Below, piece by piece: positions 56,533 through 64,000 of a DNA stretch of 64,000 nucleotides (positions are counted from its first letter, which is position 1; the number at the start of each line of letters is the position of its first letter). Source of the DNA: Candidatus Poseidoniales archaeon (GTDB lineage Archaea > Thermoplasmatota > Poseidoniia > Poseidoniales > Poseidoniaceae); the NCBI GenBank assembly GCA_038105035.1, contig JAYOBT010000003.1, forward strand, positions 4,379-68,378, written 5' to 3'. Made by a program: the position numbers and the translations under genes. The notes beneath the pieces are model-generated. The model was not told where the DNA came from. It was given only the letters and a program-made list of their open reading frames with translations, and did no database searches.

Positions 56533-57600
56533 ATGAGTCGAGGGCTTGGTGGTGACTTTTGCCTCGTATGCGGAAACGAGCCACCTCTGTTCACCGACAA
56601 AATGTGTGAACCATGTACACGAAAACGAACCAAACTCGCCGAAGTACCTGAAAATACGAATTTTACGCAATGTGCTCGGTGCGGATTGATCGACATCCAA
56701 GGCCGTTGGGTCAACATTCCAGAAGATACATTGTGGGACGAATTAATTCAACGAAACGTTTCGTTTCATGAACGTGCAGAAGAGGTTGGTTTAGGTTTCG
56801 AACCACGTACTGTTTCTGACCGACATACTTTGCTCCATATGCAGATGGAAGGCGTCATTGACGATCTCTTGTACACTGAAGAACACACCATGAGGGCCCG
56901 TCGTTCAAACGGTGTGTGTCTGACATGCACAAGGCGGGCTGGAAACTATTTCGAGGCGACTGTGCAACTTCGCTCAACTGGTCGCCGACTCGAAGAAGGT
57001 GAACTCAACAACCTGCGAGCAAGTCTTGACAATGTTATCGAACAACTAAGCGATGATCCAATGTTTTTCATCACCAATGAGGGTCCTGTAACGGGTGGCT
57101 ACGATGTGGTGATGGGATCGAAGGGACTTGCTCGAGCATGGGGTCGTCATTTGATTGAACATTGGGGAGGGCAAGTCACAGAAACCAATTCCACAGTCGG
57201 GCGAAAAGATGGTGTTGATGTTACACGGCTGACACTGCTCTACCGCAAACCAGGATACGATCTCGGAGATGTCGTTCGTTGGCGTGGCGAGTTGTGGCGG
57301 CCAAGTTCTTGGAGCAAAGATGGTGCCATCATGGAGCGTATATCTCGCCAAGAACGTACAGGTGCTACATGGAGAGACTTGGACGGGGTGAAAGTGTTGT
57401 CACAGATGGACGACCACATGGTTGTCGATATTCTCAACCGCGATGATTCAGCAGCGGAATTCTTGGACCCAAACACATGGCAAATGACCTCGGTGCGTCT
57501 TCCTTGGGACTATGACGGTGCAGCACAATTGCGACTCGCTCGAGTTGATGGCGAATACATCGCCTTGCACGATATGGCTCTTGACCACTCCAATCGATAG
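56533..57600 (+). CDS. nmd3: Nmd3-family protein (archaeal homologue of the 60S ribosomal subunit export adaptor).
   Basis: N-terminal double CxxC zinc-binding region CLVCGNEPPLFTDKMCEPC...CARCG...CLTC, followed by the Nmd3 OB/SH3-like region. About 355 aa. ATG at 56533; the track start at 56524 is GTG. Confidence 0.78.
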   Translation: MSRGLGGDFCLVCGNEPPLFTDKMCEPCTRKRTKLAEVPENTNFTQCARCGLIDIQGRWVNIPEDTLWDELIQRNVSFHERAEEVGLGFEPRTVSDRHTLLHMQMEGVIDDLLYTEEHTMRARRSNGVCLTCTRRAGNYFEATVQLRSTGRRLEEGELNNLRASLDNVIEQLSDDPMFFITNEGPVTGGYDVVMGSKGLARAWGRHLIEHWGGQVTETNSTVGRKDGVDVTRLTLLYRKPGYDLGDVVRWRGELWRPSSWSKDGAIMERISRQERTGATWRDLDGVKVLSQMDDHMVVDILNRDDSAAEFLDPNTWQMTSVRLPWDYDGAAQLRLARVDGEYIALHDMALDHSNR

Positions 57601-57634
57601 GAGCCCATATGAAGGTCGAACCTTCCATAGAACC

Positions 57635-58732
57635 ATGGCCGATGAGACGCTCAACATCGACGACTTGTCTCGACAATTGGATTCTGAAGGCATGATTGGG
57701 TTCACACAGTCGTTTGTTTCCGATCTCGAACATGGCTTCTCAGCGATTGACGAACAACACCTACCATGGCTGCAACAACTCAAGTCCAATGTTTGGAACG
57801 GTGTACTCTGCTTCGGAATGGGTGGCTCTGCTGCCGGGGGTGATTTCTTAGCACGAATTGCAGATGCTTCTGGCTCTAAACCGTTCATTGTGCACAGAGG
57901 CTATGAGCTGCCATCCTGGTGGACATCGGAATGGTTGATTCTCGCTACATCGCACAGTGGCAACACAGAAGAGACCATCGCTGCAACTGAAACTGCCCTC
58001 AAGCAGGGCGCTACTGTTGTGGTCATTGCAACGGGTGGTATCCTTGCAGGGTTCTGCGAATTGTACGATAACTGTCATCTCATTCCATCGGTTGGTGGTC
58101 AACCACCTCGTACCGCTTTCGGGCATTTGTTCTCTCGTCAACTCGCTTTGATGGAACATCTTGGATTGATCCCCCAACAAGCGGATGATGAACGAGAAGC
58201 CATGCTCGTTCGTCTTGAGTATGCCTGTCAATCCAATGATTTTCGCAATGCATCCGGCGTACCATTACTCGAACTTGCTATGGCTTTACGAGAACACCCA
58301 ATTGCATTGCTCGGACCAACGGAAATGCAACCAGCCTTGGTACGATGCAAGAATCAATTGAATGAAAATTCTGGGCGCTTTGCTCGTGTTGGAGTTGTTC
58401 CTGAAATGAATCACAATGAAATTGTCGCATGGGGAGGGGTGTCCGATGATGCTGACCCAGAACGAGAAAATCAAGCTACGCTGATACTCACATGGGATGG
58501 AATGAACGCACGCGTACGCCGTCGAATCGATTGGATGATTGAGCACACGCCAACCGATTATGCATGGAGAATTCATGGAGAAGGAACCTCATTACTCGAA
58601 GCACTTCTTCATCACTGTATCGTCATGGATTGGCTGACCATCGCACTTGCATTGCTTCATGGTAAAGACCCAGCAGCCATCCGCCCCATTCAAGCACTGA
58701 AGGGCTACCTTGCCGATGACGCATCAATATAG
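57635..58732 (+). CDS. Bifunctional phosphoglucose/phosphomannose isomerase (archaeal SIS-domain PGI/PMI).
   Basis: SIS motif LCFGMGGSAAGGDF. LILATSHSGNTEETI. Second SIS-like half. The track start at 57512 overlaps nmd3; ATG at 57635 gives about 365 aa, typical for the family. Confidence 0.75.
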   Translation: MADETLNIDDLSRQLDSEGMIGFTQSFVSDLEHGFSAIDEQHLPWLQQLKSNVWNGVLCFGMGGSAAGGDFLARIADASGSKPFIVHRGYELPSWWTSEWLILATSHSGNTEETIAATETALKQGATVVVIATGGILAGFCELYDNCHLIPSVGGQPPRTAFGHLFSRQLALMEHLGLIPQQADDEREAMLVRLEYACQSNDFRNASGVPLLELAMALREHPIALLGPTEMQPALVRCKNQLNENSGRFARVGVVPEMNHNEIVAWGGVSDDADPERENQATLILTWDGMNARVRRRIDWMIEHTPTDYAWRIHGEGTSLLEALLHHCIVMDWLTIALALLHGKDPAAIRPIQALKGYLADDASI

Positions 58733-59338
58733 TCGACCGAGAATGTTTCGAGGGTCAGGATAACGCTCAAGAGCAGTCGTTCGATGTTCAGGTGAGACAA
58801 CGCCCTCCAAATCAGGCACTAGTGGTTCGATCAACGATAACTGAATATGGACATGAGGCGGCCAACCTCCGTTTTCGTGTTCTTCCCCCATTTTTCCGAT
58901 AACATCGCCCTTTCGGATGGGCGCACCTGCTTCCAAATCTGTTAACGATTCATGGGATAAATGGCCGTGCAAAACCCAAATCGTTTGCCGTTTCCCCTCG
59001 ATGTCAATCGTGTGTTCTGTGATGATTGTCGGTCCATAGGAACCATCTTCATCGTTGTTAGCGAAGCTGTGGATTGTTCCATCTTCAAACGCAAAAATTG
59101 GTGTTTGCGCAGGACCACCGATATCGAGGCCAACGTGAATGGTTCGTTCACCACCAAACAAGTCCTGCGTGTACATCCCTTTTCGATCTTCATCGTAGCG
59201 ACCGACCGTGTACTCATACTGCTGATTCCAAGTGGTTTGTGGCCTCTGAAGATTCAAAACCCAGTACTCCTCAGGAAGAAGAACAATTGGGTGGAAAACA
59301 TTCTCTCCACTCCCTGCTCGGTCTGGAGAACCCCACAT
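58724..59338 (-). CDS. M23-family (LytM-type) zinc metallopeptidase.
   Basis: HxxxD and HxH pattern: HVGLDIGG...LHGHLS...GGWPPHVHIQL. About 200 aa with no signal peptide. Confidence 0.65.
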   Translation of the reverse strand: MWGSPDRAGSGENVFHPIVLLPEEYWVLNLQRPQTTWNQQYEYTVGRYDEDRKGMYTQDLFGGERTIHVGLDIGGPAQTPIFAFEDGTIHSFANNDEDGSYGPTIITEHTIDIEGKRQTIWVLHGHLSHESLTDLEAGAPIRKGDVIGKMGEEHENGGWPPHVHIQLSLIEPLVPDLEGVVSPEHRTTALERYPDPRNILGRLY

Positions 59339-59410
59339 GGACCGAAGAAGGGATTCACCTCTAAGAGTTCATGCATGAACTTGATGTGATGCTTGAACGA
59401 GCGGCTGAGC

Positions 59411-61747
59411 ATGTGGGAGGTTGTGATTGCGGTTCTCCTCCCAACCATTGCTCCGGGTCTTGCGTTGCTGCGTGTCCTCGATGCATCTGCGGATACGTTT
59501 CGAAAAGCATTGCTGTGCTTTCCAATCGGACTCTTGGCGTTGTATGGGACCTCTGGTTTGCTGTTTGTCCTTCAAACATGGAGCGTAACAAATCTGACTG
59601 TCGCAATCGTCCTCCTGAATGCCTTATCGATTGCATTCTTGTTCCGCAAAGTACAGGTTGAGCGCACCACATACACTCAATGGCAAAAGATGGAAGCAGC
59701 GATTCATGGCCTTGTTCTCAGCGAATCTGAGCCTGAAATTGAACAAGAGGTTGCTGCGCAACAATGGTTCCAGAGCAATAGAAATCCATTGCTTCAGATT
59801 GCAGCAGGGTGCTTTTGTCTCCTAACGTTGGTCCCAATTGTCATGTTTGATCGTCCGTTCGGGGTCGATTGGATTGGATTCAGTACACTTGCGAGCCATG
59901 TCGGTCAATCAGGAACCTTTGAGGTTCCATCACCAAATGCTGGGTTATGGACGTATCCTCCTGCGTTCCCGACCGTACTTGCTTGGATTGTCCATGTGAC
60001 AGGATCATCCATCGAACAAACGATTCTTATTCAGGGTCATCTCTCACTCTTTGCACTCCTTCTCGGAATTTGGGGGAGTATGGATCGACTCGGAGCAGGT
60101 GCTTCGAGTGTGCTTGCGATGGGTGGTTCTTTCGCATTGTATGCAAAAGTGTTCGACTCAGGCTACCCCACCGTGGCAAGCCAATTGGGACTGGTCGTGG
60201 GATTGATGATTGTTCTTCGCCCGATTCAACAATCACTTCGCTATCATCTGGTAACGTTTGTTTTCCTTTCAATCTGCACTGTCCTCATCCATCCAACTGG
60301 AGCCATCTATCTTGCAGCATTGCTCGTAGCCAGTCTCCTAACCAGAGAACGGTTATCGGAAGACGAGAAATCAAACCAGAGACCAATTTTCTTGACGTCG
60401 ATCCTCATTGTGAGTTCAATGTTCATCATTGCTCTCATCTATTTTGCACCACGTATGCTAAGTGAGCCTGTCTTTGCGGAATACGGGTGGCAAGGCGGCA
60501 AGCCCATGCTCATGTTCAATGGACTGTTGATGCTTTTTGCAGGTTTTTCGATCTTCTTGGGACGAAAGAGTCGCGAAATCCAATTGCTATCCCTCTGGTT
60601 CTTGGCCTTGTGGCTTCTCTCATTTGTGCATCTGATTGAAGGGTTGGCAAACATTCAGGTTCTAAGCCTGCTCTCTTACACACTTTACTCCATGGCACTG
60701 CATGCCTATCACGTCCCATTAGCAGTGATTGTGGGGTTGCTTGCTAGTCGGTCAACGTCGTTGACAACAGTTGATGATTCAAAGTCATGGTTTGGATTGG
60801 AAATGGATCCGTTCATTCGACCACTGTACAGTTCAATCTTCCTTGTCGTACTTGTTCTTGGATCGATGTTGAGTGTTGGTTTGTTGGCCAACCTTTCAAC
60901 CCACGAAGAACTTCACGCAACAACATCAGGTGATGGTGAACTTCGAGCCTATCTCCTCAAACATCCCCCAGATAAATTCGTCTATTCTGAAAACGTTCAC
61001 TGGGGCCATAGTTACGCCTTCGATGCATCAATTCAAACAACAAGCCTGCCCACACTCGGGCTTTTGACGTTGGATGAAACCATACAGGGTGCGGCGACTA
61101 CAGCCATACGTTTGGATGATGTTGAGACCTTGAAGCAGCTTGGTATCGGTTATGCGGTCTCAAGCCCGATTGGGACGATTGCATTGACCTTGGGTCCGTC
61201 CCCCTATTGGAGCATGGAGCAGGAATTTTCAGGAGCTCGATATTGGAAGGTATGGGACGAACCATCTCCTACACGGGTTTCCTCTGTTGTTACCTTGAAT
61301 CAAGGTGAATGCATGTCAAAGAAAGGGTGTGTACTGGAAGAAGATCCCTGGCGCAATCATCGCTTCAACGACCCGCTTGAACGTGGCGAACAACGGATTG
61401 TTCTCAGCAAGAAAAGCGCATATGTCTGGGATGAAGTACTGAATGAGACAAATCATCAGGGCATGTACAAGATTTGTGTCGTTTACGAGCAAATCGGTTT
61501 GTTTGAAGATTATTCGATCACATTCAATGATGAATCCTTGGACTTGGAGAAAACAGCCGGATGGAACATGGCATGTCACAATCTACAACTCGATCAGCGA
61601 CTTGATGTTGAATTCAACTTGGATTCGGATGGCTCATCCTGGATCAACCCACTAGGATTTTCCGGAAGGAGCTCAAAAATTGTTGATTCAACTGGACTCC
61701 GCATTCATCATTTGGAATTGAATCGGCTAAATCCTGCGAAGGCATGA
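59411..61747 (+). CDS. Large polytopic membrane protein (about 13 TM helices plus an about 300-aa C-terminal soluble domain). It is probably a GT-C-fold glycosyltransferase using a polyprenol-phosphate sugar donor.
   Basis: Dense N-terminal TM domain (VVIAVLLPTIAPGLALL, LLCFPIGLLALYGTSGLLFVL, TVAIVLLNALSIAFLF, GCFCLLTLVPIVMF, ...). C-terminal globular region. Immediately followed by a Dpm1-like GT2 gene. The family assignment is inference. ATG at 59411; the track start is TTG. Confidence 0.4.
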   Translation: MWEVVIAVLLPTIAPGLALLRVLDASADTFRKALLCFPIGLLALYGTSGLLFVLQTWSVTNLTVAIVLLNALSIAFLFRKVQVERTTYTQWQKMEAAIHGLVLSESEPEIEQEVAAQQWFQSNRNPLLQIAAGCFCLLTLVPIVMFDRPFGVDWIGFSTLASHVGQSGTFEVPSPNAGLWTYPPAFPTVLAWIVHVTGSSIEQTILIQGHLSLFALLLGIWGSMDRLGAGASSVLAMGGSFALYAKVFDSGYPTVASQLGLVVGLMIVLRPIQQSLRYHLVTFVFLSICTVLIHPTGAIYLAALLVASLLTRERLSEDEKSNQRPIFLTSILIVSSMFIIALIYFAPRMLSEPVFAEYGWQGGKPMLMFNGLLMLFAGFSIFLGRKSREIQLLSLWFLALWLLSFVHLIEGLANIQVLSLLSYTLYSMALHAYHVPLAVIVGLLASRSTSLTTVDDSKSWFGLEMDPFIRPLYSSIFLVVLVLGSMLSVGLLANLSTHEELHATTSGDGELRAYLLKHPPDKFVYSENVHWGHSYAFDASIQTTSLPTLGLLTLDETIQGAATTAIRLDDVETLKQLGIGYAVSSPIGTIALTLGPSPYWSMEQEFSGARYWKVWDEPSPTRVSSVVTLNQGECMSKKGCVLEEDPWRNHRFNDPLERGEQRIVLSKKSAYVWDEVLNETNHQGMYKICVVYEQIGLFEDYSITFNDESLDLEKTAGWNMACHNLQLDQRLDVEFNLDSDGSSWINPLGFSGRSSKIVDSTGLRIHHLELNRLNPAKA

Positions 61748-61773
61748 AAAGGAACCTTCTGTAAGAAACAAAC

Positions 61774-62517
61774 GTGAAACGTTTGATGATTCTGCTTCCT
61801 GTCCTCAATGAGGCAGAAGGTTTGCGTTTGGTGTTGGAAACAATACCTCATGCATTGCTTGAAGAAGCGGGCTGGCAATCTGATATCGTCATCGTTGATG
61901 GGAAAAGTACGGATGCATCCCCTCAAGTTGGTGCCGATGCTGGCTGTATCGTTTTGGTCCAACCTACAAAAGGCAAGGGTGAAGCAGTTCGATTTGGATT
62001 CACCTATGCGCTCCAGCATAGGTATGATGCTGTCATCATGTTCGATGCAGACCAAACGTACAATCCAATGGATATGCTGAGGATGCTGGAAAGGCTCGAG
62101 CCAGGTATGGTGGTTGTCGGAAATCGATTGAATCACCACCTAGCAAGTGATGCCATGTCACCAACCAACTGGATTGGAAATCATCTTCTAACATGGTCAG
62201 CAGTTATCCTTCATGGGCTTGAAATCCATGATGTATGCAGCGGCTTTTGGTTGTTCGAACGAGAGGCTTTGGTGCAAATGAACTTGAACAGCATGGATTT
62301 CGAAATCGAGGCAGAGATGTACGCACAGTGTGCCATCTCTGGAATTCCTCTCGCCAACGTGCCAATCTCCTATAGTGCACGTGTCGGTGAGGCAAAATTG
62401 GGTTCTCTTCGAGATGGTTCATCCATTCTGAGAAAACTTCTGGTCCGCAAGTTGTTCCCCCTACCCGTTGAAGAAGAATTAGGACAAGGAAAATTAGCGT
62501 TTGAATCCAAGAACTGA
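61774..62517 (+). CDS. GT2-family polyprenol/dolichol-phosphate glycosyltransferase (Dpm1/AglD-like).
   Basis: MILLPVLNEAEGL (P-x-x-NE motif). IVIVDGKSTDAS (D-x-S-T-D). MFDADQTY (DxD-equivalent). About 245 aa, soluble. Start ambiguous between GTG 61774 and ATG 61786. Confidence 0.78.
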   Translation: MKRLMILLPVLNEAEGLRLVLETIPHALLEEAGWQSDIVIVDGKSTDASPQVGADAGCIVLVQPTKGKGEAVRFGFTYALQHRYDAVIMFDADQTYNPMDMLRMLERLEPGMVVVGNRLNHHLASDAMSPTNWIGNHLLTWSAVILHGLEIHDVCSGFWLFEREALVQMNLNSMDFEIEAEMYAQCAISGIPLANVPISYSARVGEAKLGSLRDGSSILRKLLVRKLFPLPVEEELGQGKLAFESKN

Positions 62518-62769
62518 GTGTATTGGAATCAATCCATAGTTGTGTGAATCGGTCGAGGCTGTGGGATCGGGATTGTCTCCCTCTACAAAAAGTCCGTTCG
62601 CTTCTATACGCTTCAATCGCTTGATGCAAATTCTTGAGGTGTTGCGGGGGTCTGGAAACACAACAACATCGCCTGATTGTAGTTGTTGGTTGTTGTAGAC
62701 ACACACCTTGATCGTGTCGCCATCTTTGAGTGTCGGCCACATGCTGTCGCCATGAACGACCACAGCCAT
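62494..62769 (-). CDS. sodX: NiSOD maturation endopeptidase SodX (S26/S24 signal-peptidase-like).
   Basis: VVVHGDSMWPTLKDGD is the S24/S26 catalytic-Ser motif (GDSMxPT). Catalytic Lys in RICIKRL. Small, about 91 aa. Lies 18 nt downstream of sodN on the same strand. Confidence 0.7.
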   Translation of the reverse strand: MAVVVHGDSMWPTLKDGDTIKVCVYNNQQLQSGDVVVFPDPRNTSRICIKRLKRIEANGLFVEGDNPDPTASTDSHNYGLIPIHSVLGFKR

Positions 62770-62787
62770 TGATTCCAACGAATCGCC

Positions 62788-63228
62788 TCAGCTTGCTCGG
62801 ACCCAAGAGACTTCGCGTCCCTTGGTTGTCCAGAACATGTTGTGGATCGCTTCGACAGCATCCATCAACTCTTGCGCATGTTGTTCAGAGACTTCGACTT
62901 TGCAAGCAGAGCAAAGTTTTGCAGCCATCCAAAACGTTGTGTGAAGATCTGGGTTGGACTCAAGATGTTGAGGCTTGAAGAAATCGGTCCAAAGAACGAG
63001 AAGTTCATCCTTGCACTTCTGTGCTTCTTCTTCCTTGATGGCTGCGTAGCGGCTCATGGTGTTGATGTATGAGGCAGAGGACTTGTCTGCATCGCCAGTG
63101 CTCAATGCAACCATTTTCTTGGTCATTGATTGCACGGCTTCTGCTGCAACACGTGCGCTTGCAGGGTCGTAGACGCCACATGGGCCGTCACAGTGGGCAA
63201 AGGCTTCGATGGTGATGGTGTTCTCCAT
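62788..63228 (-). CDS. sodN: Nickel-containing superoxide dismutase precursor.
   Basis: Ni-hook H-C-D-x-P-C-G-V-Y: MENTITIEAFA|HCDGPCGVYDPA, with an 11-aa leader before the His that becomes residue 1 after SodX cleavage. About 145 aa, four-helix-bundle length. ATG at 63228; the track ORF has an 18-aa upstream extension. Confidence 0.85.
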   Translation of the reverse strand: MENTITIEAFAHCDGPCGVYDPASARVAAEAVQSMTKKMVALSTGDADKSSASYINTMSRYAAIKEEEAQKCKDELLVLWTDFFKPQHLESNPDLHTTFWMAAKLCSACKVEVSEQHAQELMDAVEAIHNMFWTTKGREVSWVRAS

Positions 63229-63319
63229 GTCGGTGCCTTGGATGTCGAGCACTTGAAGATATGCTTTGGAGCAATTTCTCAATGCAAGGGACTAAAATGA
63301 CGAAGTGTGAGACTCGGAC

Positions 63320-64000
63320 ATGCCAAGGGTTCGAGTGGCTATCCTTGGTGCTTCAGGCTTGGTATCGCAGCGCATGCAGCAACGTCTCGCTATGCATCCC
63401 TATTTCGAATTGGTTGCAGTTGCTGGACAATCTCCCGGAATGAAACTCTCGCTTGTTGACTGGCATCTGGATGAACCACGGCCCCTATTTATCGAATCAA
63501 GCGAGATGAAAATCCTCGATATCAACGATCGAAACTTAGCAGATGAACTCAGAAATCGAAACGTGAGTGTTGTCTTCAGTGCATTGCCAAGTGAACCTGC
63601 GTCGAGGATTGAAGCAAATCTCGTCAGTGCTGGGCTTCACGTCTTCTCCAATGCGAGCGCCTATCGGATGCATCCTGATGTTCCGCTTGTAGTTGCTGAT
63701 GTCAATCCTGAAGCCCTTCAAACACCTCAAGGTATGGCCATCCATGCATGTGCAACAAACTGCACGCTCATTCCGATTCTTCACCCACTTGCTGTTCTCT
63801 CACAACATTACACCATCACCAAAGTGGTTGCTCGAAGTGAACAGGCCCTTTCTGGAGCAGGTTGGAAGCTTCTCCACAGTCAGGAATTAAGACATCAGGC
63901 CATCGATCAGGAAATCTCAGGCGAGGCTGAAAAAATCGTCGAAGAGATTGAACGAATTCTCAATCTCAATAGTGAATGGGATGTGCAAACAAAGCGCGTC
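63320..64000 (+). CDS. asd: Aspartate-semialdehyde dehydrogenase, partial (runs off window 3' edge).
   Basis: Manual translation from ATG 63320: MPRVRVAILGASGLVSQRMQQRL...AIHACATNCTLIPILHPL. This is N-terminal NAD(P) GxxGxxG plus catalytic Cys in the N-C-T context. No stop before 64000. Confidence 0.82.
   Translation, partial: MPRVRVAILGASGLVSQRMQQRLAMHPYFELVAVAGQSPGMKLSLVDWHLDEPRPLFIESSEMKILDINDRNLADELRNRNVSVVFSALPSEPASRIEANLVSAGLHVFSNASAYRMHPDVPLVVADVNPEALQTPQGMAIHACATNCTLIPILHPLAVLSQHYTITKVVARSEQALSGAGWKLLHSQELRHQAIDQEISGEAEKIVEEIERILNLNSEWDVQTKRV

Noticed and set aside
1-64000. CRISPR arrays, tRNA/rRNA genes, transposases/integrases or prophage remnants.
   Set aside because: No regularly spaced direct repeats were seen. 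Every intergenic gap is under 130 nt with no cloverleaf-compatible stretch. No DDE/tyrosine-recombinase motifs were found, so none is reported.

Overview
The window reads as a gene-dense, AT/GC-balanced (roughly 50% GC by eye) chromosomal segment of an archaeon. The evidence for an archaeal origin is a TATA-binding protein with a textbook TTTATATA box and leaderless start, archaeal-type IleS and CysS, an archaeal SepF, an Nmd3 homologue, and LAGC/SGC lipobox lipoproteins. Proteins are moderately acidic but not haloarchaeal-extreme. The heavy complement of secreted or anchored peptidases and giant adhesin-like surface proteins suggests a marine planktonic, protein-degrading euryarchaeon, possibly Marine Group II/Thermoplasmatota-like. 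That placement is inference only. About 45 genes are supported, roughly half housekeeping and the rest as follows.

Housekeeping genes recognised: ileS, cysS, glmS, nadE, mvk, tbp, mutY, trhO, trx, bcp, asd, maf, sepF, nmd3, and pgi/pmi.

Accessory and surface content:
- A partial CARDB-repeat protein.
- A collagen-like/ELWxxDGT secreted protein.
- A 1697-aa MAM-like protein.
- Two tandem paralogous surface proteins of about 1180 aa.
- An LTD-amidohydrolase fusion.
- A 1615-aa S8 subtilase with a cytoplasmic zinc ribbon, sitting next to a rhomboid.
- A lipoprotein S15 peptidase and an M23 peptidase.
- A partial Ccm system I cluster: a ccmA-ccmB fusion, ccmC, and a sub-60-aa ccmD that the ORF track missed.
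- A nickel superoxide dismutase sodN-sodX pair.
- A fused type-I AcnX.
- A GT-C/Dol-P-sugar glycosylation pair.

The most unusual signal is a C-terminal cytoplasmic tail code recurring on at least four giant surface proteins. It consists of a TM helix, a basic stop-transfer, a GLPPLP/GPP[IL]P proline-rich stretch, and a GW...W-YYG aromatic repeat. The two tandem paralogues carrying it are packed in an apparent operon with sepF and a 12-TM protein.

No rRNA, tRNA, CRISPR array or transposase/integrase could be supported. Many ORF-track entries begin with GTG/TTG. Starts were moved to the in-frame ATG where domain boundaries or promoter evidence support it.
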